From Geosiphon pyriformis uo1 (lineage: Eukaryota > Fungi > Glomeromycota): a stretch of 42,618 bases of DNA. Location: assembly GCA_016748015.1 (NCBI GenBank), contig JAAOMT010000106.1, positions 1-42,618 of the forward strand, read 5' to 3'. The position numbers were made by a program, and so were the translations under genes. Positions 1-12,639 of this stretch are shown here, one piece after another (position 1 is the stretch's first letter; each line of letters starts with the position of its first letter). The notes under the pieces were generated by a model that did no database searches, was not told the DNA's origin, and saw only the letters and a program-made list of their open reading frames with translations.

Positions 1-1952
1 TTGGTTAGTGCATAACCATTGCCAATCTCCAGTTTTGTTGTGTGTCTATGTGATCCTTAGTGTTGGAATTCTGCTTGTTATTTGAGCTAAGTTTGGTGAT
101 TGGGTTTGAATTGGTGGAGTTTGATAAATTATTTGTGGTGGTGGTGGTTAATAAATTACTGGTGTTGGTGGCTAATAGATAAGTGGTTAATAAATAGGCT
201 ATATTACTTAAGTGTAATATAGTTAATATTAGTATTGTTTTTGTGATTAATTACTAACATAATTCTGAATTTGAAATCAGTGATTGAAGTTTTAATACTG
301 ATTTTCCAATCATTGATTGTTTAACTATTTGTGACATTCAAATTGTAAATATTCTTGTTTACTACAATAGTGGCAAATATGTATTTCTTGTTATTATAAT
401 TAATCAGCTGATAGATGTGCCTAATTTTGGAAACAATTTGAGTTTTTTTGATTATTGTGTTGTTGAAAAAATTGATAAATTGCCTAAGTATTCCTTAAAC
501 TTCTGATCAATTAAATTACTGAACTGTTTCAATTTTGAATTCAAGTTAAATGATTTATTCATTGCTAGATTTACAGCTTGGATATGATTGGTTTCTAATT
601 TAACTGATTCTAAATCTCTGACATGATTAATGGCATTCTGAAGTGTAGCTAAGTATAATAGACATATGTGTTGTAATAAGCTGCTATATAGTCCACAAAT
701 AAACTAATTCAAGATCTGGAGTACTATAAAGTAATTTGCATTGATGACTTGAATATGACACAGATTTCTGTGGAAGCATCTTAAGTAAGTAGTAACTGCC
801 TTAGTGTTTTTTTGTTTGATAGTAGTAAAATTAGTTGCTAAGCAATTAATACTATTATAATTACTAAAATATTGCAGAAACACGACTTTGAATACATTGA
901 AATATTGCAGTTTGTTTATAAAATTTTGGTACCAAAAATTAGCAGTGTTCTGTAGAAAGTATGGGATGACTTATATTGCTTTGGCATTATTCCAGTTGTT
1001 GGCAGTTATTGCTTTGGCTATGTCATTAAGCCAAACTTGGGTATTATTCTCTTCTCCAGTAAATTTTTTTAATTTGGCAATTGATGCATAAACTATTGAT
1101 ATAATAATTGGTTGTTGTGATAAGGTGACAACTGGTGGTAAATTAATTACAATTTCTGGAGGTAAGTTTTACTGATTAATAATGTCGAAATTTGAATTAT
1201 TTGGGTTTTGTTGAGTCTGAGCAATCACAGTTTGTATTTTTGGGTTTCTTGAAATTAAGTTTTAATAGTTAAATTTCTGATTCTTGTTTTCTTTTTCTTC
1301 TGATTCTGTTACTTTTTAAAAACTTGTGGTTTCGAAATCTGGTGGAGGTAATAGTAATTAAAATCTTAATGGCATTGGTAATTGCAATTTAAATTTTCAA
1401 AGTAATTGTCATAGGTTCCTAATAATTCTGCTTTCTTTTGTTTACTTTGAAATAGAAATTGAGCTATTGGTATTTTTGTATTTGATGTAGATGTGTCTGT
1501 TGATATAATGTTAATAGTACTTTTTAGTGTATAGTGGTATAATAGATTGATTAGTGACTCAACTCTGGTTTTCTTTCAAGTAGGTGGTTGTATTTTCTGG
1601 GATGTTATTGCTAGTGTTTGTAGTTTTCTTTTGTCTTTGTTTGCATAGATAATTAGATATTTTTATTGGGTGTAATTGTTAATTTCTTTATTGATCTTAG
1701 TAATGATTAATACAAAATTATGATTTACTAGTAGGCTGGTGTTTTGAATTAATTCATTGTAGAAATTTTTTCTTGCTAATTTGGTATTTATTGGTGCTTC
1801 TAGAAAATAAGAAATTCTCTTGTTGATATAGAAATTAAAGACTAATTTTGTTGATAGATAATTGCTAGTTAATCCCAAGTGTTAACAATAATGTTGAAAT
1901 AAAAATTTGGCAAATTCTAAATGGTTTGTTTCTATTCTTTCTGGTTTGCCAT
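1..1952 (-). pseudogene. gag: Degenerate gag of element B
   Basis: Fragments match element A gag; decayed CCHC knuckle ICHYCSKQEYLQFECH at ~335-385; many stops. Confidence 0.85.
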
Positions 1953-1995
1953 ATTTGAATAGTTGTTGTTAATACTGGTTCTCTGTAGAATTATA

Positions 1996-2012
1996 TTTCA
2001 CAGAGAGCACCA
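1996..2012 (-). promoter_or_regulatory. Primer-binding site of element B
   Basis: Minus strand reads TGGTGCTCTCTGTGAAA, 2 nt after the LTR terminal CA; homologous to the PBS of A. Confidence 0.8.
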
Positions 2013-2014
2013 AA

Positions 2015-2860
2015 TGTTACAGATAATTATTTGGGTGGTAGAATTAATAACAAACTCATAACTTGGTGCTCAATAGTTAATTAGTGTTGGTAATATTTGA
2101 AGATTCTATTAATCTAAAAATTTTGGGTAAGTTCTTTGTATAATGAATAGAGATTCAAAGATGATTTTGTCTGTAACTTCCCAGAATTGCAATTTCATTG
2201 AATTTTTTTCTCAGAATGATGGCCAATAATCTTCTGGCAGTGGTGCTTTTTTAGTAAACTATCTGTTATTTATATTTTATATTTATTCTTATTTCTGGGT
2301 CTTTTAATAAGCTATCTGTGACATCAATTCTTTAGTGCTTTTTTTCTTAATTAATTAGTAAATTAACAAACAACAAAATAAAAAAAAAAACATAAAAAAT
2401 AAGCCAAGGCAATTCAAGTTAGTATTCTGTTAATAGCCATAATCAAAAGCTATTGTTCTAATATAGTTAAGTATTAGTTGCTATCAACATGAAGTATTGA
2501 TAGTGTGCAATTGGATTGAAATAGTAAATAAAATATTTATTATTTGTAAATATAATAGTCTTAATTAAGGAATAGTAATAGATTATTCTTTTTGTTTCTA
2601 ATACTACCACTATATATACATAATTGAAATTTTTTAATTCTTTGATTTTTTACACCAGGAATTCTAAAATTTTTAGAATCTTACAATTCCTTACAAAGAA
2701 TTCTGGAATTCTACAATTCTGCAATTCTTTATATAAGAATCCTATAATTCTGGAATTCTGGAATTCTTTTAAGAGAAATCTTGAAATTTTCTATTTACTA
2801 TGTCTACTTCTGATTGGCTAATTTATATACTAACATAATTTTTATATTCTATAAATAACA
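2015..2860 (-). repeat. 5' LTR of element B
   Basis: Starts TGTTACA and ends ..TAACA on + strand; homologous to both LTRs of A and, inverted, to the LTR of C. Confidence 0.88.
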
Positions 2861-5745
2861 GTGAATATGTAAATATTACATCACAAATAATCTACAGACA
2901 AAATAAATATAATTTGCTCTAACCAAAACAATTAGAACAAATAAACTTAGGAAACTTAGACCCATTTCAACAAATGCAACTCAAAATGTTACTCAATAAT
3001 TTCATTGACATTTTTGCCAGTGAAAATAAATTTGACAGACTGAACATCATCCAATATCAGATTAAGACTGAAAATACAATGTCAATTAAACAAAAAGCAT
3101 ACCAAATACTATTAGTAAGCCATAAAATCATCCAACAAGAAATCAATTGGGTGTTAAACAACAAGTTAATTTAACCATCAATAAGTTTATTGTTATTACC
3201 AGTGGTACTAATCCATAAAAAAAATGGAAAAATCCACTTTTGTGTGAATTATAAAAAGCTTAATAGAGTAACTTATAGAAACTGTTACCCAATTTCACAG
3301 ATCTAAAAATTATTTGATGCTTTTGGAGAAAAAAAATAGTTTTCAACACTGGATTTAGATAGTAGTTACTGGCAAGTAGTCATGAATCCAATTGATAAAA
3401 AAAAAACTGTATTCACAATCAGAGATTAAAATTTTGAATTTAAAGTAATGTTATTTGGCTTGATCAATGCACCAGCGACCTTCTAACAGCTTATAGAAAT
3501 TGTATACACTAGACTGCTATGAAAATTGGTTATTATTTATTTGGATAACACCAACGTATTTTTAAAAACATTTGATAATTATCTATATTACCTTTAGCAA
3601 GTGTTTAAAAGACTAAGAAGAACAGGACTAAAGTTAAATACTACCAAGTGTTTCTTTGGCAAAACCAAATTAAAATTTTTGGAACATGTCATAAGCAAAT
3701 ATGACATCAAAACAGATCCAGATAAGATTGAGATAGTAAAAAACTTTCCAGTACCAACCAACTTAACTGAACTATGGGCATTTTTAAGATTTACAAGTTA
3801 TTATTGCCACTTCATTAAAGACTTTTCCAAACTGGCTCAGCCATTTCATTACTTTCAGACCAAAAATACAAAATATGAATAGACCAAAACTCAGCAAAAA
3901 GCTTTTAACACATTGAAAAGAAAGCTCATCCAAACTCTAGTATTAATCTATTCAAATTATAGTAAACCATTCATTATTACAACTAATACATCAGGTCAAG
4001 CATTGGAAACAGTACTATTTTAGAAAAGACTGGATGGAAAAAAACATTCAGTAGTATATGCTAACCAAAGCTTAAGCTCAGCTAAAAAAAACTATGAAAC
4101 ACCAGCACTAGAATATTTAATTATTTATTAGGCAGTTATTAAATAAAAAGAGTACTTAAGCTAAAAATTTGAAGTATATACAGATCACAAAGGACTGACT
4201 TTAATCCAGAAGCAAAAATTTAGAGACAATTGTTATACCAGATAAAAAATAGAACTGTCACTATTCAAATATACTATATATTATAAAAAGAGGAAAAAAA
4301 GTGGAAATGCTAATAGTTTGTCACAAATGAGACAAATCTAAGAACATTTTAATCGAAAAATATAACAAAAAATGAATACACAAAATTATTAACAACTCCA
4401 ACATTATATTAATATCCAGCAGTTCAAAAAAAATTATCTCAAAAAGAATGAAACAATATAAAACAACAATCAAAATATTTTATCACTCACCAAAATATAT
4501 TATATCGAAAAAACTAAAAAAATTCAGATCAACTATTCAGAGTAATCACAGAACCAGAGAAAAGAACAATACTATACAACATGCATTCAAACCTAACAAC
4601 AGAACATTTTCATAAAAAAGCAATCATAAAAAAAACCAGAAAAAAATACTACTGACCATCAATGTATTCAAATATTATCTAATATGTTTAAAATTGTGAT
4701 GCTTGTCAAAGAAGAGAAGGAACAAAACTCAGTAAACCATTGAGACCAATCAAAGTGGGACAACCATTTGATTAGATCAGAATTGATTTAGTTAGACCAT
4801 TAACAATAACCAGCAGAGGCAACAGATATATTGCAATAGCCATAAATTATCTTACAAAGTGGCCAGAAACAAAAACAATTTAAAGAGCAGATACAAAATC
4901 TGTAGCTAAATTCATTCATCAAAACTTAATTTGTTGGCATGGATGTCCAAAAAAATTGTTGTCAGACCAAGGAACTTATTTTGTGAATAAAACATTAGCA
5001 GAATTAAGTCAAAGATTTTGAATTAAAAGACTACTGTTATCACTATATTATCTACAAACCAATGGGTTAGTAAAAAAATTCAACTGAATATTGTGTAAAA
5101 CAATTGCCAAGATTAGCCAAAAAAACCAAGATGAATGGGATTTATTAATATTATTAGTATTATTTGCTTATTAAACAATGAAGCAAAATACTACATAAGC
5201 AATACTATTTAAATTAGTATATGATAGAACAGTAATACTACTAGTAGAAATAGAAGTCAATACATATCTAACAGAATTAATAACTGAAAATAATTTCCAA
5301 AAAATATTGTTAAAAAGAACATATGACTTAATAAAAATGCTAGAAAACAAATAGCAAAAAACAGCTGATAATATCAAAAAATCACAAAAAAAACAAAAAA
5401 AAACAGTATAATAACCAGTTACCAGACAAACCAGTTGAATTCAAAATTAAAAACAAAGTATTTTTACATTGTACCAAAGCAAAAGAACAATAGTGTAAAA
5501 AATTTGACCTGAAATGGGATGGACTATTTCACATAAAATTTTTTTTAGAAAATAAAGCTTATAAATTAAGATAAAACAACAAAATCTTAACTAAAACAAC
5601 ATATGACAATCAATTAAATTTATACCACAATATAGCATCATCTTCTACTAATAATATTTTACAATTGGAAGTACAGAGAATACTAGTCCAATTAGAAAAG
5701 ATTTTACGAAATCTAGAACCAATAATAATTATCAACATAAACATG
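2861..5745 (+). pseudogene. pol: Degenerate pol (RT, RNase H, integrase) of element C
   Basis: RT remnants (LDLDSSYWQ, YLDN from YLDD, GLKLNTTKCFF), RNase H remnants, integrase CDAC / IDLVRP / LLSDQGT; riddled with transition-derived stops. Confidence 0.9.
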
Positions 5746-5784
5746 TTAAATTGAAACATTAGAACTCTATATAAAAGAGCTGAT

Positions 5785-6465
5785 ATGTGACAAAAGATAT
5801 TAGGAAAATAGAAATTATTGACAACATTTATGCATTAATATAACAACTTTTCAGATTGATTTAACAACAAAATATAGAAATTACAATTAACCAACAAACT
5901 ATTTGATATAAAAATACAAAAAAAAGACTTTAATACAAAGTGCAGAAAAAACCAGAAAACACCATTAACAAGATAATTATAAAAGTGAAGTTGGCAATAA
6001 AAGTACAAACAAAAGTTATAAAATACCAAAAGTTAACCAAAGAAACTTGGAATTAGTAAATACAACAATTTTCAAAAACCTTTTGTTATTTTTACTTAGG
6101 ACAACACTTAAATATTCAGAACTTGTATATAAATAAAACAAAATGAGTATTCAATACAACAATACTACAACAACTTGAACAATTTGTGGAAAAAAACAAT
6201 TTAACTACACAAACATGAGCAATATATTGATTACAAGTCAGATTTTAAGACTGACCAAAAATACTATTCAATCCAGCAATAGACACAGTTACTGCTAACC
6301 AAATGAGTAAAATAACTAATGCCTAATTTGAAAAATTACAGATTAAAATAACACAAGTAATTCTCGAAAAAAAAATGCAAAATATAATCCAATCCAGAGA
6401 ATTAAAAGAGTTAGAAGAGTTAAAAGAATTAAAAAAGTTAGAAAATCTTGATGAAGCTCAATATT
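5785..6465 (+). pseudogene. Degenerate extra 3' ORF (ORF3) of element C
   Basis: Homologous to A 8083-8738; ends in 9-bp (E-E/K-L-like) repeats at ~6396-6445. Confidence 0.6.
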
Positions 6466-6480
6466 AAAAAAAGAAAATAA
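6465..6480 (+). promoter_or_regulatory. Polypurine tract of element C
   Basis: AAAAAAAGAAAA-TAA directly before TGTTAC at 6481. Confidence 0.75.
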
Positions 6481-6896
6481 TGTTACTCATAAAATATAAG
6501 AACCATATTAGTATATAAATTAGCCAATTAGAAGTAGACATAGTAAATAGGAAATTCCAGAATTTCTCTCAAAAAAATTACAGAATTCCAGAATTACAGA
6601 ATTCTTATACAAGAAATTGCAGGATTCCAGAATTCCAGGATTTCTCTCAAGGAATTGCAGAATTCTAGAAATTCCAGAATTTCTGGCTAAAAAAATTGAG
6701 GAATTAGAAAATCTTAAATATGTATATATAAAGATAGCATTAAAAGCAGAAAAAACAAAACAGTTAATCACCACTTCTTAGTTCAAACTATCATATTTAC
6801 AAATAATAAATATCTTATTCATTATCTTAATACAATTGTTCATTATCAACACTTTATATTAATAGTAACCAATACTTGATTACACTAAAAAACAGC
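6481..6896 (+). repeat. Truncated 3' LTR of element C
   Basis: Starts TGTTAC; reverse complement of B LTR ~2450-2860; homology lost after ~6896. Confidence 0.8.
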
Positions 6897-7168
6897 AATG
6901 TTTTGTTATTAAATCAGTTTTCAGTCTTAAAAAGTTATTTTTTTGAGATTTGGTTAAATAAGATTAATGTTTACATTGTTATTAGTAGAATTTTAGCTAT
7001 TAATTAGCATAAAATTATTCTTATAATTTCTATTATTAATTAGTATATATTATTATTACTTTAATTATCACTTATTATTTAACCAATTATCAAATATTAT
7101 CATTTAATTAATAACTTGATGTGTATCATAGAATTAAGATGATCAAATTACATAATACTCTAAACCAT

Positions 7169-8062
7169 TGTTACAGGTAATTATTTCTGGCATGGGAATA
7201 AATAACAAATCCGTAACTTGGTGCTCAAAAGCTATTTCTGTTGATAATGTTCTGCAAGTGTTGTATCTGAAGGTTTTAATATCTGAAGGTTTTGGTTGAG
7301 TTCTTTGTATAATAAACAGAGATTCAATTGTAATTGTAATAGTTTTCGGAATCACAATTTCATCCAATTTCTTTCTCAGCGTGGAGGCCAGATTTATTCT
7401 GGCAGTTGTGTCCTTCTGGTAAGCTATTTGATAATATATAAAATTCTACCCTTATTTCTGTGTCTTTTATCAGACTATCCGTAACATCAATAACTCAGCA
7501 TTTTTCATCAATTAAGTATATAATAACAAAATAAAGACAGAAGAGAAAAGAAAAAAAAAAAAAAAAATGAAATAAAGCAAATAAGCCAAGGCAATTCTGA
7601 TTTGTATTCTGTCAATAGCTGTGATCAAGAGCTATTGTTCTAGTATGGTTAAGTATACACTACTATCAACATGAAATGTTGATAGTTGAGAATGAATTTG
7701 AGATAGTGAATAATTATTTATTTGATATTTGTGATGTGGAAGATTGCTTAGATTAAATCTAAACTAGATTAAATCTAAACTGGATGTCTCTTTCTGCTTC
7801 TAACGCTATCCCTATATATACATAATTGAGATTCTTCAATTTCTCAATTTTTCACAATAGGAATCCTGGGATTCCTGGAATCTTGCAATTCCTGATGAGA
7901 GGAATCCTAGAATTTTGGAATCCTGCGATTTCTCAACAGAGAATTCTGAAATTCTTGGAATCCTGTGATTCCTTAAAGAAATTCTGGAATTCCACATTTA
8001 CTATGTCTACTCTGATTGGCTAATTTATATCTTAATATAATTTCTATAATTTATGTGTAACA
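7169..8062 (-). repeat. 3' LTR of element A (894 bp)
   Basis: Direct repeat of 16489-17386; 7-bp terminal inverted repeat. Confidence 0.96.
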
Positions 8063-8078
8063 TTATTCCCTCTTTTTT
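8063..8078 (-). promoter_or_regulatory. Polypurine tract of element A
   Basis: Minus strand AAAAAAGAGGGAATAA abutting the 3' LTR. Confidence 0.88.
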
Positions 8079-8082
8079 AATA

Positions 8083-8738
8083 TTAAGCTCTGTCGAAATT
8101 TCCTAAATTTTCTAAATTCTCCTCTTGTACTATTTCTTGAATTTTTTTTTCTAAAATTATTTGTATTATTTGTGTCTGTAATTCTTCGAATTAGGCATTG
8201 GTGATTTTTTCTCATTGGTTAATAGTCACAGTATCCATTGCTTTGTCGAGTAGAATTTCTGGCCAGTTTTGAAATACAGCATGTATTCTGTAAATGGCTT
8301 GGGCTTGTGTGGATAAGTTGTTTTTCCTCACAAAAGATTCCAACTGTTGTAGTATTGTGTTATTGAACAACCATTTTGTTTTATCCATATACAAATTCTG
8401 GATATCTACATGTTGTTCCAAGTAGAAATAACAGTAGTTTTTCGAAAATTGCTGGGTCTACCAATTCCAAGTTTCTTTGGTCAATTCTTGGTATTGTCCG
8501 ACTACTTGTTGCCCTTTTATTGCCAATTTTACTTTGGTAATTATTTTCTCTATCATATTCTCAGGGTTTTTTGTACTCTGTATTGTGGTCTTTTTGTTAT
8601 GTTTCTGTACTGAATAGTCTGTTGATTAATTATAATTTCCATTTCTTGTTGTTGAATCAATTGAAAGAGTTGTTGTGCTAGGAAGTAGATATTGTCTGTA
8701 ATTTCCATTTTTCGGCTTTCTTTTGTCACATCAACCAT
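8083..8738 (-). pseudogene. Extra 3' ORF (ORF3, ~215 aa reconstructed), unknown function
   Basis: ORF fragments 8553-8738 and 8212-8421 join into a helical Q/E/K-rich protein; conserved in element C. Confidence 0.6.
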
Positions 8739-8769
8739 GTTTTTTTATATGCTTTTTTGTTAATTAATT

Positions 8770-10133
8770 TGATGTATTGGTACCAATGATAATGATTGGT
8801 TCTAGATTTTGTGGAATGTCCTCTGGTTGGACTAGTTTTTCTGTACTTCTAATTGTGAAATATTACTGGTAGACAATGATGCTATATTGTGATATGGTTT
8901 TAGTCAATCTCTATGTGCTGCTTTGGCCAAGATTTTGTTGTTCAATCTTAATTTATAAGCTCCATTTCGTAGAATTTCTTCTATGTGAAATGGTCCATTC
9001 CATTTGGGGTCAAATTTTCCACTCCATTGTTTTTCCACTTTGGTGTGATGTAAAAGTACTTTGTCTTCAATCCTGAATTCTACTGGTTTGTTTGGTAGTT
9101 GGCTATTATGTTGTTCTTTCTGTTTTCCTTGTGACTTTTGTGTGTTGTCAGCTGCTTTTCTTCTTTTGTTTTCCAGAGTTTCTATTAAGTTATATGTTCT
9201 TTTCAACAATGTTTCTTAGAAATTTTCTTCTGTTATTAGTTCTGTTGGATACATGTTGACTTTTATCTTAACTGGTAATGTTGCTGTTCTACTGTATACC
9301 AATTTAAATGGTGTTGCTTATGTAGTATCTTGCTTTATTGTCCAATAAGCAAATAATACTGATGGTATTAATAAATTCCAATCATCTTGATTTTCTTGGC
9401 TGAGCTTAGTTATTATTTACACAATGTTCTGTTAAAATCTGTTGGTTTGTGGATGGTATGGTGATAATTGTGGTTTTTTAATTCCGAACCTTTGGCTCAA
9501 TTCTGCTAATGTTCTGTTCACAAAATGAGTTCCTTGGTCTGAGAGTAATTCTTTTGGACATCTATGTAAACAAATCAGATCTTGGTGAACAAATTTGGCA
9601 ACAGATTTTGCATCTGCTCTTTGAATTGCTTTTGCTTCTGGCCATTTAGTAAAATAGTTTATGGCTACTGCTATGTATCTGTTTCCTCTGCTGGTGATTG
9701 TCAATGGTCCGACTAAGTCAATTCCAATTCAATCAAATAGTTGTCCCACTTTGATTGGTCTTAATGGTTTGCTGGGCCTTGTTCCCCCTCTTTTTTGACA
9801 AGCATCACAATTTTGAACATATTGGATGATGTCTGAATACATTAATGACCAATAGTATTTTTTCCTGGCTCTTTCTATTGTGGCTTCTTTATAAAAATGT
9901 CCTGTTGTGGGATCTGAGTGTATGTTGTATAATATTGTCTCTTTTTCTGGCTTAGTGATGACTCTGAGTGGTTGATTGGGATTTTTTCTGTTTTTCTGAT
10001 AAAGTATATTTTGGTAAGTAATAAAATATTTTGATCGTTGTTTTATATGATTCTGTTTCTTTTGAGACAATTTCTCCTTGAACAATTGAGTATTAATATA
10101 GTGTTGGAGTTGTTGATATTTTTGTGTGTTCAT
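8770..10133 (-). pseudogene. pol: Integrase (H2C2 zinc finger, DDE core, GPY/F module)
   Basis: HSDPTTGH..CDAC, IGIDLVGP, LLSDQGTHF, SPYHPQTN, KFDPKWNGPFHI. Confidence 0.95.
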
Positions 10134-10189
10134 CTTTTTGTTATATTTTTGTTTGAATTGTGTTGGTTTTACTATATTTTTGGGTTAAG

Positions 10190-11611
10190 ATGTTTCTAGA
10201 TCTGCCTCATTCATGACAGTCTATCTGTATTTCCATTGTCTTTTCTCTTTTTGTAATATACTGTATAATTAAATGGCGATAATTCTATTTTCCATCTTGT
10301 GTGGCGTCTATCCCCAAATTTTTGTTTCTGGATTGATGTTAATTCTTTGTGATTAGTATAGACATCAAATTTCTGACTCAAGTATTTTTTCTATTTGGTG
10401 ACTGCCCAATAGATAGCCAAATATTCCAATGCTGGTGTTCTATAATTTCTCTTAGCTGGAGTTAGACCTCAGCTTGCATAAGCTACTGGGTGTTCTCTTC
10501 CATCCAAACCTCTTTGTGACAATACTGCTCCCAATGCTTGGTCTGATGCATCTGTGGTAATCATGAATGGCTTGTTGTGATTAGAGTATATCAGTACTGG
10601 AGCTTGAATTAGCTTCTTTCTTAGTATATCAAAAGCTTCTTGTTGTGCTTTAGTCCATTCATATTTAATGTTTTTTGCTAATAATTGATTCAGTGGCTGG
10701 ACTATTTTGGATAAAGCGGTGGTAATATCCAGCAAACTCCAAGAATGTTCTTAATTTGGTGAGATTTTTTGGTTCTGGAAAGTTTCTGACTGTCTCAATT
10801 TTTTCTGGGTCTGTCTTGATGCCATTTTTGCTCACCACGTGTCCTAAAAACTAAAGTTCTGTTTTTCCAAAAAAACACTTGTTAGTATTTAGCTTCAATC
10901 CAGCTCTTCTTAGTCTCTCAAACACCTGTTGTAAATGGTAAAGATGATTATTAAACATTTCTGAGAACACGTTGGTGTCATCCAAGTATACTACAACTGA
11001 CTTCCATAGCAAGCCTCAATATACGATCTCCATTAGCCGTTGAAATGTGGCTGGTGCATTCATTAAGCCAAATAGCATAACTTCAAACTCAAAATTTCCT
11101 TCTCTGGTAGTAAAAGTGGTCTTTTTTTTGTCATCTGGGTTCATGGCTACTTGCCAATAACCACTGTTCAAGTTTAATATTGAAAACCATTTCTTCCCTC
11201 CAAAAGCATCAAAAAATTTTTGAATTCTGGGAGTCGGATAGCTGTTGCCACAAGTAATACCATTGAGCTTTCTGTAATCACACAAAAGCAGATCTTTCTA
11301 TTCTTTTTCTGGATGAGTACCACTGGTGATGACCATGGGCTTATTGATAGCTGAATTAGCCTGTTGTCAAGCATCTGATTAATTTCTTGACAAATAATTT
11401 CATGGCTGGCTGGTGGCACTCTGTATGCTCTTTGTTTAATTGGCATTGCATCTTCAGTCTTGATCTGGTGTTGGATAATGTCAGTTCTACCAAATTCATT
11501 TTCACTTGCAAAGATCTCATTAAAATTATTAAGCAACTGTTTGAGTTGCATTTGTTGAAGTGGGTCTAAGTTACCCATGTTCATTTGTTCCAATTGTTCT
11601 GGTTGGAGCAA
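10190..11611 (-). pseudogene. pol: Reverse transcriptase and RNase H
   Basis: SPWSSPVVL, CDYRKLN, LNSGYWQV, FGLMNAPATFQR, VVYLDD (~10976-10995), TTDASDQALGAVLSQ..HPVAYAS. Confidence 0.96.
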
Positions 11612-12016
11612 GTAACATTTGTTTCATCTGTAAATTGTTTGTGATGTAATGTCAATGTATCCACACAATTGTGAAAAGTCTGGAATGAAATATGGCAGCT
11701 GGTCCTCTACTTCTGTGCTTAAGTATCCAATGATTGTTTCTGCTGAGATCTCGATAAGACTTCCAGTGTTGTTGTAAATAGGAATTTTGATGTGGTTGTG
11801 GTTCTTGACTGGTATGTGAAGATTGACAAGTCCAATCTTTTCTGATTCACAAAGAGCTGACTCTGCTTCAAAAATTTGATCCTGATCTCTTATTTTTTGT
11901 TCTATAACTACCATGTGCTGGTCATATGGCAAAATGAAAATTGGTTGGCTGGTGAAGATAATTTCTCCCTTGTCAGCAATTTTTTCTTCCGCCATATTGA
12001 CTGGCACATCTATTCT

Positions 12017-12409
12017 ATCCGTGGATCCAAATCCCTGTATCCCTCTTGCTGTTATTCCCAATTCTTTCCTTGTTCCCACTTCCACTAAGCTGGCTACTTT
12101 AACTAATGGCAGGAATATAGCCTGTGCTATCTTTTCATTCAGCTCAATTGTATAGGTCTTTTTTGAGTCATTTTGTAGCATGGCACTGATATTTCTTGTA
12201 TATCCTGCATTCACTATTTCCCCTCTAATGTTAATCTTTTTTTTCACTAAGCTACTTCTCAATGCTAACAGAACCATAGTTGTTACTGGAATCTCTAAAG
12301 CTATTTTCAGATCAATGCATACTCGTGCATTTGGCTTCAATTTGATAGCATCTTTTCCTAGATTTCTCAAATCAAACCCTGCATCAGTATTATGTGCACG
12401 TTCTGGCAT
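12017..12409 (-). CDS. dut: dUTPase domain within the pol polyprotein (inside ORF 11624-13111)
   Basis: Five trimeric dUTPase motifs in order: AGFDL, RSS, GEIVNAGY (motif 3 Asp decayed to Asn), EKIAQ, RGIQGFGST. Confidence 0.93.
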
Positions 12410-12639
12410 AATATCTTTCCCATTGTCACTATACCATTTTAACTCCTGTTTCTTGAAGAGATCTGGTAGTATAATGTATTTTTCATAGTTTAAATCAGAG
12501 TTTGAATCTGAGTTTGAATCGTTTTTGTTGTTATTGCCATTTTGAATGGAGCTGGAACTGGTGTTTTTGTCATCATCATCGAAGTCTGGATCACAATTGA
12601 TTGGTGATTCTGATTCCGATGCACAGCTGCTGATTGGTT

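Larger units (their letters stand above)
1..2860 (-). mobile_element. Ty3/Gypsy LTR retrotransposon B, 5' portion (5' LTR, PBS, gag); continues beyond the left window edge
   Basis: Colinear homology with element A (14.6-17.4 kb): LTR, PBS, gag N-terminus (..HLGLTSNYLSTKLVFNFYINKRISYFLEAP..), capsid-like region and zinc-knuckle remnant. Confidence 0.9.
2861..6896 (+). mobile_element. Ty3/Gypsy element C, 3' portion (RT-RH-IN, 3' ORF, PPT, truncated 3' LTR)
   Basis: Reverse-complement homolog of A ~7620-11665; begins exactly where the LTR of B ends. Confidence 0.9.

Noticed and set aside
7143-7484. Short ORFs in the LTR R/U5 region on both strands
   Set aside because: Repeated only because the LTR is duplicated; no motifs.
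7826-8023. Recurrent ~65-aa ORF (MRFFNFSIF..LIG) in each LTR
   Set aside because: Antisense to the element, TTG start, and produced by the stop-poor U3 repeat array.
8083-8738. env gene
   Set aside because: Too short, with no signal peptide, transmembrane segment or Cys pattern.
8760-8900. Chromodomain after integrase
   Set aside because: No chromodomain motifs after the GPY/F module.
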